This document shows positions 44,451 to 57,569 of a DNA stretch of 64,000 nucleotides, one piece after another (the first letter of the stretch is position 1; the number at the start of each line of letters is the position of its first letter). The stretch lies in the NCBI RefSeq assembly GCF_009914755.1, contig NC_060939.1; one strand, written 5' to 3'. Both the position numbers and the translations under genes were made by a program. The DNA comes from the human T2T-CHM13v2.0 reference genome, Homo sapiens. A model generated the notes under the pieces. It was not told the origin of the DNA. It saw only the letters and a list, made by a program, of their open reading frames with translations, and made no database searches.

Positions 44451-44679
44451 TTAAAGTACTCATGAACATTAGGAAATATGATAATACATACAAAACATAT
44501 AGTATATTTCATTATATAGTAAGTACTCAATAAATATCAGGCAGACCTCCATAAGACCTCCAATTGTTGTCATTCATAAGGTTACCCTGGCATTGACTTC
44601 ATGTCTTTAAAAATTCCTGGTTCTAAATGCAATACAAATATTTTTCAAAAGATGCTAAATATTCTTGGGAATTCAACAC

Positions 44680-44870
44680 AATAAGAACTCACATTTATAC
44701 AGTGCAAAAGATTTTGTGAGTCGATTTTTACAAAGTTACAACTGCTGTCTTTTGCTGGAGAAGAAATGGAGACTTGGCCCCCATATATGCTCTATTCAAG
44801 GTCACAGAGCCAGGGTGGAGCAAGAGGAGTCAGGCCCAAACAAGAATGCTGACTTCCAATCCTGACAGTC
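44680..44870 (-). mobile_element. MIR
   Basis: CACATTTATACAGTGC...GAAGAAATGGAGAC...CAAGGTCACAGAGC...TGACTTCCAATCC. Confidence 0.55.
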
Positions 44871-45329
44871 CCAACGCCTCTCTAGTTCTTCCTTGCTGCT
44901 TTCCAACATTTTTTTAGTTTATCCATTTTGTGTATTCCACTGAGAAAAGGACACTTTATAGACGTATATTCTGCAAAGAGGTCAGATGACATCTGAAATT
45001 GCAAAGCGGTAGACAAAGCTTTTGAGCAGGATGGTATATTATTGAAAACAGTTAGAAAATAATGAACAACATTGTAATCGCTGGCACAATTTTAAAAAAG
45101 ATTGCTTTACCTGGTTTTGTTTCCTTTCTGGTTAGATAATTTCACCAGCCTGTTTGTAACAAAAAGAAGCAGGGCAAGCAGATTCTCTTGCTGGAAATTT
45201 AATAGCATGAAGTTCAGTGATGAATAGAATTATTTCTCTTATTTTGATCATGCTTTGCCCACAGTATGAACTCAATAAACACTTGTTCAAACAAATTATT
45301 ATTACAATGACTTGTTTTTTTTTTCCACT

Positions 45330-45500
45330 GGGCAGTAATAACTTTAATTTGTATAATGCTTTATAGTTTACAAAACATATTCTTCATGTATTACCATTTA
45401 ATTCTCACAGCAATTCCAAAAGGTAGATACTAATTTCTTCATTTTACAAATCAGGAAGCAGACGCCCAGGTAAGACAGGTAATTTGTCCAAGGTCAAAAC
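45330..45500 (-). mobile_element. MIR
   Basis: ATTTAATTCTCACAGCAA...CATTTTACAAATCAGGAAGCAGA...GTAATTTGTCCAAGGTCA. Confidence 0.75.
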
Positions 45501-45564
45501 TGCTCACAGAGCAAGACCTGCTAGAAAACAATGACAATTTAAAAGAAAACTGGTCTTTTAGGGG

Positions 45565-45820
45565 AGGAAGTATAGCAGAATGGGAAAGTATAGGAGCTTT
45601 GAACCAAACCACCCAGGTTCAAACCATGTCTGTACGATGCACTAGCTCTGTGATGATGCACAGGTTTCATAAATATTCTGTGTCTTGGTTTCTTCATGTA
45701 TAAAATGCAAGTAACGATAATAGCTGCTTAGCAGTATATTAGTTTGTTAGGATGACTTATATGAAGTGTTTGGCATTTATTGAGTACTCATCTTAAGGAC
45801 TCAATAAATAGCTATTACTG
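45565..45820 (+). mobile_element. MIR
   Basis: CAGGTTCAAACC...CTAGCTCTGTGA...TTTCTTCATGTATAAAATG...CTCAATAAATAGCTATTA. Confidence 0.7.
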
Positions 45821-45919
45821 TTACAATGATTTCTCTTTCTGTCCTCAGAAAAGTATCTTAGTAGGCCCCCTCATCCTTTCAATTATCAGTACATACCAGT
45901 CTATTATAAATTGTAGAGG

Positions 45920-46110
45920 AAGCTGTGAGTTAGGGACATAGCTCAAGCACTGGAGGTCCTCCGTGTGAGTCTTGGTCCCACCTTTATCAGCTGTGAGATC
46001 AGGAGCAAGTTTTCGAATCTTTCTGATGGCCAGATTCTGCATCTATGAAATGGTATCACTCTTGTCCTATCAGCCTCACAGTGCTGCTGTATAAGTCAGG
46101 TGAGAGCTGA
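45920..46110 (+). mobile_element. MIR
   Basis: CAGCTGTGAGATCAGGAGCAAGTT...CATCTATGAAATGG...CCTCACAGTGCTGCTGT. Confidence 0.6.
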
Positions 46111-46127
46111 AGGGAAGGCACTAGGTA

Positions 46128-46260
46128 GTCCATTCATTCACTCATTCATTCATAGCCTGTTGGCAGTGTGCCTCCTAAGTGCCAGGCACTGTGCTAAACA
46201 GTGGTGATTCAAAAATGAGTCAAGACGATGGAGGAGACAGACGGGTAGAATGATAAGTAA
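46128..46260 (-). mobile_element. L2 3' end
   Basis: CATTCATTCACTCATTCATT...GTGCCAGGCACTGTGCTAAACAGTGGTGAT. Confidence 0.75.
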
Positions 46261-46589
46261 CTGTATTAGAATATGCGTTCAAGTAAGGTATTATTACAAT
46301 GCACTTATACTGAAATAGACACTTTGCGGGCTATAAGAGTGCTTTAAAAATGTGAATTCAGCCCACATTCTCACTGCAGAGAAAAGACTAAAATCCTCTC
46401 AGCAACCACATTCAGGAACTTTGCCAAGAAAGGCAGGTGAGGACTCCATTGTGCCTGTCATCCTTCAGCATGGAAGAACTAGTAACTGCAAGGGCTATGA
46501 TTGTAGCTGTTGTTCCAACAGTTCTGTGACAACACGTACCTCCTCAAACACAATGCAACAGTGAGGCCTAATGTCCCAGGATTTATTTT

Positions 46590-46860
46590 CATTAAGTCGA
46601 TGCTTATGGAAGACCTAATATGTGACAATCACTGTGCCTGGTAAATAATGTTGGAAAGAACACTTTGCTCAGTCCCTGAGGGGGCTATAGTTCAGTGAGG
46701 CAGAGATGCACATATACTAATTATTTTGAAATAGCCTGACTGGAGGTCAGGAAGGCTTCCTGGAGGAGGTCACACCTAATCTTAAAGGGTAAGAGCTAGT
46801 TAGCTAGAGAAAGGGGGGACAGTATGACAGAAAAGAGAAGAACATAAAGAAGATAGAGAC
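46590..46860 (-). mobile_element. L2 fragment
   Basis: GAGGTCAGGAAGGCTTCCTGGAGGAGGTCACACCT is a typical reverse L2 motif. Confidence 0.6.
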
Positions 46861-47599
46861 TGTTCTAAAAGAGTTAATTATCCTAGTGAACTGCTACATT
46901 TTCTTCTCAAATATAAATACTTGGTCCCCAAATATAATCATATTATGTCCCGTACTTTCCATGATTTATCCTATAAGGAGCTTTGTAAACATAACTAATA
47001 CTCAAAATGACCTATGAGGCATGCTTGATTTCAGAGTCTTTTTTTTTTCCCTAATCCAGGATACCTTGAAATGAGAATAATTAGCCAACTGCTTTGATTC
47101 AATGTCTCCTTTGAAATTGTTCGTCTACTTTATTTCTTCAATTGGATAAATAAATTATTCAGAAACCTGACTATGGGAGCACACAAATCTAAAATCTGAG
47201 CTAGAATTTTGGTGGGCAAAAGTTCATATCTCATTACAGAAGATGTTTGATATAAATATTAATTTTCCTAAAGTGGTGATGGCAGAGATTTTATACAAAG
47301 GATGTTCATATTGGATTAAACACCAGATTCAAATTACCTGAGCCTTTGCGTGCATGGAGCATCAAATTCCATTTCATCTTGATAAGAAGCTGCCCTGGAG
47401 AGTCATTAGGGATTTAGCAGGCTAATGTGGTCCACTGCCCCCTTACCAAAACATATGACTGTCTAAAATATTATTTATGCCTTAACTGCCTTGCCTAGAG
47501 GTGGAGAGGAAAGTGGGATTTTATAATATCCCATATAATATAAATTTTGCCCCTGAAACTGAATAACTGTATATTAATTGCCTAGCGTAGATGCTCATT

Positions 47600-47715
47600 C
47601 GATTATACCCAATCTTCCCAACCACTCTGGGAGGCTGGAATTTTATCCCTGTTTTAAAAATGAGGAAACTGGAGCACAGAGAAATTAAGTATCTTATTCA
47701 AGGTCAAATAATTGA
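47600..47715 (-). mobile_element. MIR
   Basis: ATCCCTGTTTTAAAAATGAGGAAACTGGAGCACAGAGAAATTAAGTATCTTATTCAAGGTCA. Confidence 0.75.
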
Positions 47716-49909
47716 GACTTAGCAACCATTGTTGTGAATAATAAAGGAAATAAAACGCATGGAAAATGCCTAATCTGGTGACTGACAGCTAAGAAATAAT
47801 GGCAGCCGTGGCTGTCATTAAGAAAATCTACCATCCACAAAAATGTATGGAAAGTACATTTGGAATGTGTCCTGTGGGAAGATGATTCTTGATTGTGGGT
47901 CAGGATATGGCACAATCTGAGACGTCCACTCAGTAGGTTTGCACAGCAACTTGGCTCAGGCACATTCTTAGGTGGCTGGCAAGGAAGACCTCACAGAGGC
48001 AATGGCCCATACTCTCTGCACCAGAAGAGCAAGAGTCCCAGCAACCAACTCTCTGCCAACAAGCCAGACATCGAAACTCTTCAAACACCATCCAAGTCTG
48101 AAAACTGCACACCTATTAAAGTTGTACCTGCAAAGAGATCCTTATGGACATATTCCAAGGCTGTAGAATTTTGGAAACTTCAAAAGCTAGAACTACCAGC
48201 TTGCTTGGTACAGCCATTGCCATTAGGTACTTTTGTGTAAGAGGAATAGAAATTGTTTCTTTTCCTTGCTTTTATGTCTACTGGACAGAGGACTATGGCT
48301 GCTTGACTCAGTGTAACAGAGTGACAAGTAGGAAACTGACCCAAAGAGATCTAACAAAATATACATTAAAAAATCATTTTCCTGAAACATTCAAATAATT
48401 TCAAGTATGTGGCATCTTAGCCTGACTAGTCTAAATTCTAGCACTCTGAAGGAAGGGCTTACTGGAGTCCTAGTTCAACCACGTACCTGATAGTGACTTT
48501 GTTCCAATGTCTTTATCTTTAAACTAACGTATTAGGCAACATCAGTGTGTCCTGAAACACACAAATGTTGAAAGATGTTTCCAGGAGCCTTAAAATAAAA
48601 GGGTTCTTTACAAAAATAAACAACAACAACAACAAATCCTATAGATATGGCTCATGTTTGTATCCTTTCTTGGAGAGTCACCGTGCTAATGGGAGCATAT
48701 TAAAGAGCCTGAAACTCCAGATGCAGACATATTAGTGTCCTTCAAGTCATCATTTCCACATTTAGTGGGCCATGAAGTGTGACACCTTTAAACACCCTGG
48801 GAAACTGGTAGGACGCATTTGAAAAAACACCGGATTAAATGGTCCTGAAGGTTCTTCTACTGCTGCATCCCATGATCCTCCAGAGAAGGCTTTTTTTTGT
48901 TTTGTTTTGTTTTGCCATAAAGGTTTATGGTAGAGACATATCTGTGAAAAATCTCTCAATTCCTCTCCCATCTAGCACTTGTGGCCTCCTTCTCATCTCT
49001 CTTTCCTGGCCTTGGGGTAAGGGTGTGGGCTTGCCATGCAAGAGGAGGTATCCTCTATACTTCCCTATAGCCAGTATAGATTGTAAAACTTTCCTTTGAA
49101 ACCCCCTAAATAAATGAAAACAGGATTTTTTTTGTGTGTGTGTGGAATGAGGAAAAAAATTGCCTGAAACTAGGATATGAGGTTCTGGACACTTCCTGGT
49201 TTACACAGCCACCTGGCTTTACCTCCCTCTCATTGCTACAAAGACTAGATTGATTTTGTGGTCCCTTCCCACTCCAAAATTACATGATGCCATAGAGACA
49301 TGTTAAAGAAGAATCTTTATCATAAAATCATTAGCTTACGGCTGGCACATTTAACAAGCATGGTGCTCTCATGCAATTCCTGTAGCAAAGACAACCTCTA
49401 CAAGCAAATGAGCCAGCCATTTCTACTTGTTCTCCTGAAACCATCCTCAAAGGTGGGGGACTCTCTTAGGAAGTAGCAGCTGAGATAGCACTTGAGATAG
49501 ACACAGATTTAGGCAATACAATTGTCCATCTGATTAAAAAGAAAATACCTGCTCAAAAAATAGTCTTTGGCCTACTGGAATGGCTAATTAGGAGTCTGTG
49601 CAGCTGATCTACTGAATGGGGCAGCGACTAGAGAGTTACACGATCAGGAGAGATGAATTGCAGACACACCAGTTTCTCCTTAAAATCCATTTTCATCATG
49701 TTACACTTTGGCACACAAATCTTTTTTTTTTTTTTTTCTAAAAACAGTTTTCCCTCTTTCCTACTGCACGAAGTCCAAATTCCTCCAAATGACTTCTACG
49801 GGCCTCCAAAGGCTGGCTTCACTTGATCGCCTCTGGATTTTAACACATTCGCTTCACTCTAGACTGTTTCACTCTTTGGTCTCCCTGCATCACCACCATC
49901 ATTCCTCCT

Positions 49910-50100
49910 TTTTAGCTGTGTGCTTTACAGGTATTATTTCAAATAACCTCAAAGCAACCCAAGAGACCGACACCATTGTTATCATTCCCATGTCATAACT
50001 GGGAAACTGAGGTTAAGTAACTTACCCAAGGTCACACAGATAGCAAGCAGCAGAACTGCGATTTAAGCCAAAGCCATCTGTCTCCAGTCTTCACTCTTAA
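49910..50100 (-). mobile_element. MIR embedded in L2-like sequence
   Basis: GGGAAACTGAGGTTAAGTAACTTACCCAAGGTCACACAGATAG..AGCAGAACTGCGATTTAAGCC. Confidence 0.8.
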
Positions 50101-52129
50101 CTCTCAGTTTATATAGGCTTTATTCATCTTCTTTCCCAAGTCTGACCACTCCATCAAGGTCAAGGGCAAATCTCACCTCCTTCAGGACATTCTTAGATCT
50201 CTCTGGCCTCTCACCTGGCCGTTCCATTTGCTACACTTCCCCACATAACATTTCTTTTCTCATGTTGTGTCATGCTGATCTCTGTGTGCATGGATTCTGA
50301 TTGGACTGTTAGTCACCTGAAGCTGGGGACCAAATAAAGCATAACTCCTATATCTGCTACAATGCCCTGCATGATGTAAAAGGTACATCATGCACAACAG
50401 AAATCTGTTCACAGAAGAGTTCTCTGATGGTCCTATAAAGGCATTGCTCCAGCCTCAATCTTCCCACCTGAGATACAGGTACACCTGGTCCTTGAAGCCA
50501 AGATTCACAAAGATAAAAAAAGGTAACAAGAAGAAAATGTTTATCACCCATTGATATACGTGACAGAGACTTAAAAGTCAAGTGCCGATAATATGAAGTA
50601 ACCACACTTGTGTTGCCACAGAGCGTCTCAGCTGCTACTTTAAATTTGGCCTAAGATATGAATGGGCAGGAGCCTCTTTCCTTTGAAAGACTTTCCCGGC
50701 TCTGAATGGGCCAAAGGAAAGGAGGAGGGAGGAAGAGGGGAAAGAAGCCATTATGGCTTTAATAGTTTAATCCACCGATATATGTTGTCGACCTGGCCGG
50801 CCTCCAGGAGCACTGAGAACCGCCAGCTCAAGCCAACACAAGCACATGCTAACTTGATGGGCAGTGTAATGAGACACAGATTGTATAGCTGAATGTAGGC
50901 ACAAAGCCCTCATCAGGTTTATGGTTCCTGGGGTCCCAGCCTGAAAACAGTAACTGACACAGGCACCACATGCGCTGGGTTTAGACATATAAACACGGAA
51001 GGCCTGCGAATATATATGTGAAAGGTGCTGGGGTTTGTATTTGTTTGGCCCAGTGCATGAGCTGCAGATGGGCAGATTCTGTTGGAACATTGAAAGGTGC
51101 CCCGGTCCTGACCGAGTGCTGTTTTCTTCTTACTGTGACCACGAGGCGAGAGAGTGAGAGTGAGCTGCTTTGAATTCCGAGTATCTTTGCTTTTCTGGAA
51201 GTTTTAAAGTTGAGCTTTCTTCTTCAATGCCTTCAATTATCACAGTGCAAATGATTATATTCCCAGCACCTCCACCCAATAGCTACAGAAATTTGGCATT
51301 TCCTGTCCTGACTAGAAAATGACCTGGCACAGACCGAGCGTAAGCCTGGCTCTTCAGCTTTTTTCCTGATGCAGCCTTTAACTCATTTCCCCTCCCCACT
51401 TTCTAACTGCTAGAGAAACAAGAGATTAGTGCAGATGGATGGAAATATTTTTTCCGCTTCAGCACTTGCTGTCAGAACCAAGTACTAAGAAGGTTCTCAG
51501 ACAGTGTCTCAGGCAACCTGGAAATTCCCAAACTCATCTTAAACAATATTTACCTGGTCCCAAAAGGAATGCACAGACCAAAGAAGCTGTTTTCTTCTGA
51601 GAGCAGCCCCTCGACATGCCACTTAGAGTTCTAGTCGAGGCTGGACTGCTCCCCGCTCTCCTCCACTTTACCCTAGCTGTTTCAGAGCTGTCCTTGAAAC
51701 ATTAGCACACCATTTTAGAGACCATAAAATGAACACTTGGCAGCCTGAACACGTCCACCTGCCCAAACATGAATGTTGCTCTTCACTGAAAATCATGGTC
51801 CCCAGGAGCCAAGGGTTGTAACACTCTGTTGAGAGTGGTGGCATGGTCTTTGTCTGAAAGGGCTGACAATCAAACTGGGAAAACACAAGCCTTGCTCAGA
51901 AGAATTGGTAGCAAGAGATAAAGGCCAAGGAAGTCATAGAAAATAGGTGCACCTTATGTTCAAAGTAAGTGGTTGCTGGAGATTGGGAAGACAACATGGA
52001 GGTGGTACCATTTGTGGTCATGAAAAATAGGTAGGGTTTTAAAAGGTAGGAAGAGAGTATTACTTTCAAGGGAAATAGCTTAAGTAAATGTATCTAATCA
52101 CCTCTATGTTCCTACTACCATGATGCCTA

Positions 52130-52340
52130 TAAGCAGCAATCATACTGTGTACCAGACACTCAGATGCTCTACATGCATATGCATGGTACATAGCGTAATT
52201 CTCAAGCTTATGAGGCAGATATGACTATCCCCATTTACGCTTCGAAGAAATTGAACTTTTCAGAGGGTAAATGACTTGCCCCCAAGCTGAATAGCCAATG
52301 GGTAAGATCAGCTCTGATTCTAAAGTGTGTGCTCTTAACT
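52130..52340 (-). mobile_element. MIR
   Basis: TATCCCCATTTAC...CAGAGGGTAAATGACTTGCCCC...TCTGATTCTAAAG. Confidence 0.65.
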
Positions 52341-53089
52341 GCTCAAAGGCATAGAAGTTAGAATGTGCAGATGGTGCAGGGGAGCCCCTGTTGCAGAGCA
52401 CAGGCCTGAGGCATGGGTCATAAGGCACTGTTGACTAAGCAGAGGTCTTAGGCCTGAATAGCAGAGATGAGGAATGATGGAGGTGGATGATGGAAGCAAT
52501 GGTTGAAAAGGGCCAAGTCTGCAGGGAACCTACAGAGGTTTATGTTAATTTCTCTTGGGCCTAGAGCAATTATCTGGGTGGTGGTGGAAAGGATGCTGGC
52601 ATTATCTAGGTTGTGGCCCCTTGGCCTCCTGGAGGGGGTAAGCCAATAAAGAAATTGCACTTATTTGTGAGGTTTCCCTTGCATTCCTCTGCTCCTGTGC
52701 ACCTGACTGCTGAAGGCATCCCCCTCAGCTTCATCTGAAGCCCTTTCTGAGCACTATGTGTTGATGAAAGTGTTCTACTAAATGCTATAGAACTCAGCGG
52801 GAATGGCCCAGTTAGCTCTGCTAGCACATTCCAGGAGACTCTGGCAGACAGGTGTGGATTTCAGCCCTGGCTAACATGAACAAGCTCAGGTTCCTCTGCA
52901 GTATCCTAGCCACAGTAGGAACTCTTCACAAGCTTTCTGGCTGGGATATTCAAGGGGAGGTTCATCAGTGGGTGGCTTAAAGCCAAAGATTTATATCAAA
53001 TTATTCCTTATGTCTAACTTAAGGGAATGGAGAGACATGAAAAGCAAGGTGGATTTAGCACCTCTTATTTGCAGGCAGCAGTGTACCTT

Positions 53090-53270
53090 CATTTCACACT
53101 TTCTCTCACATAAAACCCCTGTTGTCCTGTAAGATAGGAATCATCTCATTTAATAGACTGGGAAACCATAGCCCAGAAAGTCTTAATAATTTGACCATGG
53201 TCACATAGCTGGTAAGTGGTATAGTCTGGTTTCAAGTAGAAGTTCATCTGATTCCTACCCCTGAATGGTT
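53090..53270 (-). mobile_element. MIR
   Basis: CATTTAATAGACTGGGAAAC...ATGGTCACATAGCTGGTAAGTGG. Confidence 0.65.
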
Positions 53271-54990
53271 TTCCCATTCTGTTGAAGCCATGTTGGGGCT
53301 CTATGGAATATTTTTGGTGCCTGAGGCATTAATATGCCTATCTGTATAAGATGAGGTGTGGTGTCCAGATGAAGAGGATACCCCTGGGTAGCCCATTTCT
53401 TTATGAAGCAGAGATCCCAGTTTGAGCCTTACTGCTACTCACCCTAGGATTCGGGTATGGCTGGTGGAAGGTTGGGGAGGCTCTAGGGTGCTTCCTGGGA
53501 AAGCCCTCCTCTGAAAAGAATGAGTCTTGAGAGGAATAGTGTGAGGGTGGGGATGGAGCAGAGGGGAGAGGGTCATGCTAAGATTTCATTCTGCTCCTTT
53601 CCTTGTAGCCATATACCTGAGTCCTGGGGAGAGACAGAATAAGATGGCTAGTAAATACTCCAGGGCCCTGGGGAGTGTAGGGAGGGCAGTGCTGCCTTGT
53701 GGCAAATGCAGGTGAGTACAGCCAGCAAGACTTGGGGTGAGATGTCCTGCTGGCACAGCACACTGTGGCCTGAGCAGTTGCCAAGGGAGCTTATGAATGC
53801 ACTGGGAGGAACTAGTTGAGAACACTGCTGTCTGTCTTCAATCACTGCAGCCCTTTGGCAAAGAGCGCCACAGTTGCTGATGTGGGAGGAAAGGGAAGTG
53901 GTGGCTGGAGTGGCCACTGAGAGGATGGCTTCAGAAGCATATGCAAGTGACCCTTCTGGGAGAAGCAGTGGTGCAGGGGCAGTGGGTAAGGAGAGCTCTT
54001 GTTTGAGACTCTTGGGAACCATAAGTTGCACTGAATTACGCCATACTAATTATGCTATGGGGATGTTCCCTGGACCAAAGAGAAGCTTCTCTTGCTCTCT
54101 CCCTCCCTGTAGCAAACATTTATTGAGTGCCAACGATGAACCAGGCATAGATTAGGTTCTAGAGATTCTGAGATAACTATAGGATGAAGTTATCCCTCAA
54201 TGAAGATACCTTCTTAGTCCAACAGGACTAGGGTATTATGGGCCTTGGGTACTGCAGTGATCTTTAAGCCCATCAGCACCAGTGGAAGCCCCATGTCCCG
54301 CCACCAGTTTTTGACATCTTGGAGCTCATGGTCCACCCTTCCTTCCCAGCATCATTTTTCAATACCCTGTCATAGAGCATCCCAGCAATAGAACACAAAT
54401 GGCAAAATATCACCCTCTTCTCAGTCCTGTTGCTTCTCTCACCACCTAGTTAGTGTCCTGGTGTTGTCCCAAGGCCCAGTAGTCAGGGCCCAAATCCAAA
54501 TGTAGAATTAGCAATGGTCTCTGTACACTGGGCTTAAAACTAAATTCCAGCATTAAGGAAATGCCTAACTGTATAATTACATGAGACACAGAGAGTCTCA
54601 CATTGGAAGAACTTAATATATCTGAGCAGAAGAAGAAACTAGCCCAACACAAAGCCATTTTACATCTTTGTAAAACAAGACAATTCAATAAACATGACAT
54701 CAAGGGGAATGAGTCCTCTGGAGAGGGCAGAAGCCTCTTTCACATTGATGAAGCTATTAAGATGCAAAGAAGGTTGCAACTTGATTTCTCTGTTTGCAAG
54801 CGCTATTTTTCTCCCCAAGCACTGGTTTCTTTAATTTTCTTTTTTCCCTGAAACACTAATTATGCCAACCTCTTTCTCTACTCAAAACCTGACCAAACCT
54901 TCACCCTGTCTCACACTTATGACCCTACTACGAACCCTCCCCAATCAGGCCAGTCCATTCCCTGTCCATGTGCTAGAATTTTAATATATA

Positions 54991-55427
54991 TGTATTAGTT
55001 TGCTAAGGCTACCGTAATAGAGTATGGCAGCCATAACCAAGTAACCATAACAAAGTAACCACCCAGTCTGAGTGGTTAACATGACAGAGATTTACTGCCT
55101 CACAAGGCTACAAGTCTGATATCAAGAAGTCCACAGACCTGGTTCCTTCTGAGGATGGTGAGGGAAGGGTCTGTTCTAAGCCTTTCTCCTTGGCCACTCA
55201 ATGGTCATCTTCTCCCTCTTTCTTCATATCACCTTCTCTCTGTATCCACATTTCCTCTTCTTATAAGGATATCAGTCCTGCTGGATTAGCACCTACCCTA
55301 GTCACTTCTTTTCACTTAATTACCTCTTTAAAGACCCTATCTATAATATGGTCACATGCTGAGTATGGGGATTAGGACTTCAACATATGAATTTTGTGGT
55401 GAGGGGACACAATTCAACTCATAATAA
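54991..55427 (-). mobile_element. MLT1 (B/C-like) MaLR solo LTR
   Basis: TGTATTAGTTTGCTAAGGCT...GGTTCCTTCTGAGG...TTAATTACCTCTTTAAAGACCCT...CAACATATGAATTTTG..GGGGACACAATTCAAC. Confidence 0.88.
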
Positions 55428-57399
55428 TACTCTCTAGACATGGCTTTCTGATTGGTTTCTGGAAGATGAGTCTTATTTCCCAGCTGGCTCGCACATTCCA
55501 CCAATGTGATTCATTTCTGTTTTCACAAAACTTAATGGCTAGTTGACTTAATATTTAAAATTTGTAAGCTCCAAGAAAGAAGGGACTGTACCTTTCTTGG
55601 GAGCCAGTGCTAATCCTAGAACAATATCTGGCACATGGTAGGAATGTATTAGATGAATGAATAAGTAACCAGAATGTTACACAGTGGGATTACATCCCTC
55701 TGACCTTCCAGAGACTGGCCTTCTTTCTAGAGAACAACCTGACCTTGGCTTTCACTGTAAGAGAGAATGCTTCTACATTTCTGATAAACCTGGTATGTTG
55801 TAAATATGTTGCATCAGCCACAGAAGTAAACACATGCTAGCAACAACAGGCAGTCAAAATACTCTTTAAGTGTGATTGAATAGAATTCTGATTATACAGT
55901 TTAGCCAAGGAAGTCGGTCCAGCTCAGCACCAATTTTCACTGTCAAAGCCAATTTGAGCAACTTGGGACTGAGGTTTAAACTCTCAACTGCCATGATGTT
56001 TCTGCAGGGCCATGAATCGGTGTCATAGCTTTAGGATATTCCACTCTTCTGCCACCTCAGCAGAATGATCCTGGAAATACCCTAAAGCAGTGCATTACCC
56101 AAAATGATTATCCATGAGTCCAACTGGGACCAACTCCCTATCTTCTACAGGGCATGGAGATAGATTCTAATTAGTAGCAGAACCTGAAGTTAAGAGTTCC
56201 TCAAGACACATCATGACTTTAAGTCCTTGCTATTTGTGTATGTATATAGATACTTAAATATTTTTTGTAGATTTTTTAAAGCATATGACATATAATTTTT
56301 GTTATACATCGGCATATATATTTATGCATTGACAGATGTACCATATTTATATGCATGTTTACAAATATATGTTTTCACGTATCATGTGTTCTTTTTAGCC
56401 TCTACTTCATTACCCCTACCCCCAAATATTACCAATTAACAGAGAATTTGAATTGGGAATCAGCATCAACAAAATGTGACAACATCGAATGGAGCTAGGA
56501 GGGACAGAAGCAGTTAAAGCAAAGAAGTGCCCATGTCCCTGGTTATGTCTATCATTATGACGTGCTCCTCTCCATCCAAAATGACTGACGGGCCTGTAAT
56601 TTGTTGTTGCTGTTGTTTTGGCACATATTTGCAGAAACAAACTTGTTCATGGTCCCCCTGCTGATAGCTCAACCATGCAAGTGCCATAGGAAACAGACTT
56701 TGGCATTTGAGCTGCTCACAGTCTGGGTCATTCATAAAAGTTTAATTTTCTAAAAATATTCAGTGAGGTGCTTTTCCTGAATGAGATGACTTCTGGTTCA
56801 TCAACGTATTTATGTGAGTAAATAGAAGGCAGATCAGTAAGTCAGGAATCTAATCAGCTATCATCCAGTCCATCTGGTTTAATTAGAAAGCCCAGCCGCT
56901 CACAGGCACCTTTTAGTAAAAGGCTTCAGTACTGGTTCCAGAAAGGCGGGGGTGCTTCTGAATGTGGTTACAAATGCTTGCCATCTCCCCTGCCTCCACA
57001 GAGCCCCTTATCAAACTCCCATCACAGAACACACTTGAAACATATCAGTGCATGCCTCTTAAGGGCATGCAAATGAAGCTAAAATGTGGCACAGGGGAAA
57101 CACCACTGAACATCACGGCCAGTCCCTCAATTCATTCGATAAGCATCAACTTAAGCACCAATAATAAATATGTATTGGTGCTTACGCTATTCCAGAGACT
57201 GTGTGAATGAGCTTTGGACTAACCCTGGTTGGGGAGATCAGGACGTAAACAGATAATTCCCAAACTCTGAGATGCACTCTAAGGTATTGAGGGAGCCCCA
57301 GGACTGGAAACCTGCTGAGCTGACTCTGGAAGGGCACTTGGGAGCAAATATGGACAGAAGGGGAGCAAGGAAGGTTATAGCCAATAGTCCTTAAACATA

Positions 57400-57555
57400 C
57401 GCATGCACCAAAACCTTGGTGCATTACAAATTGTGGGTCCCACCCTCAGAGTTTCTGATTCAGGAAATCTGGGGTGGGGCCAGAACATTTTCGTTTCTAA
57501 CAAGGTTCCTGCTGATTCTAATTCTGCTGGTTTGGGGACCATACTTTGAAAATGG
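57400..57555. mobile_element. MER5A
   Basis: GGGTCCCACCCTCAGAGTTTCTGATTCAG..TCTGGGGTGGGGCC...TTTCTAACAAG...GGGGACCATACTTTGA. Confidence 0.85.
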
Positions 57556-57569
57556 GCTAATAGGGCCAA

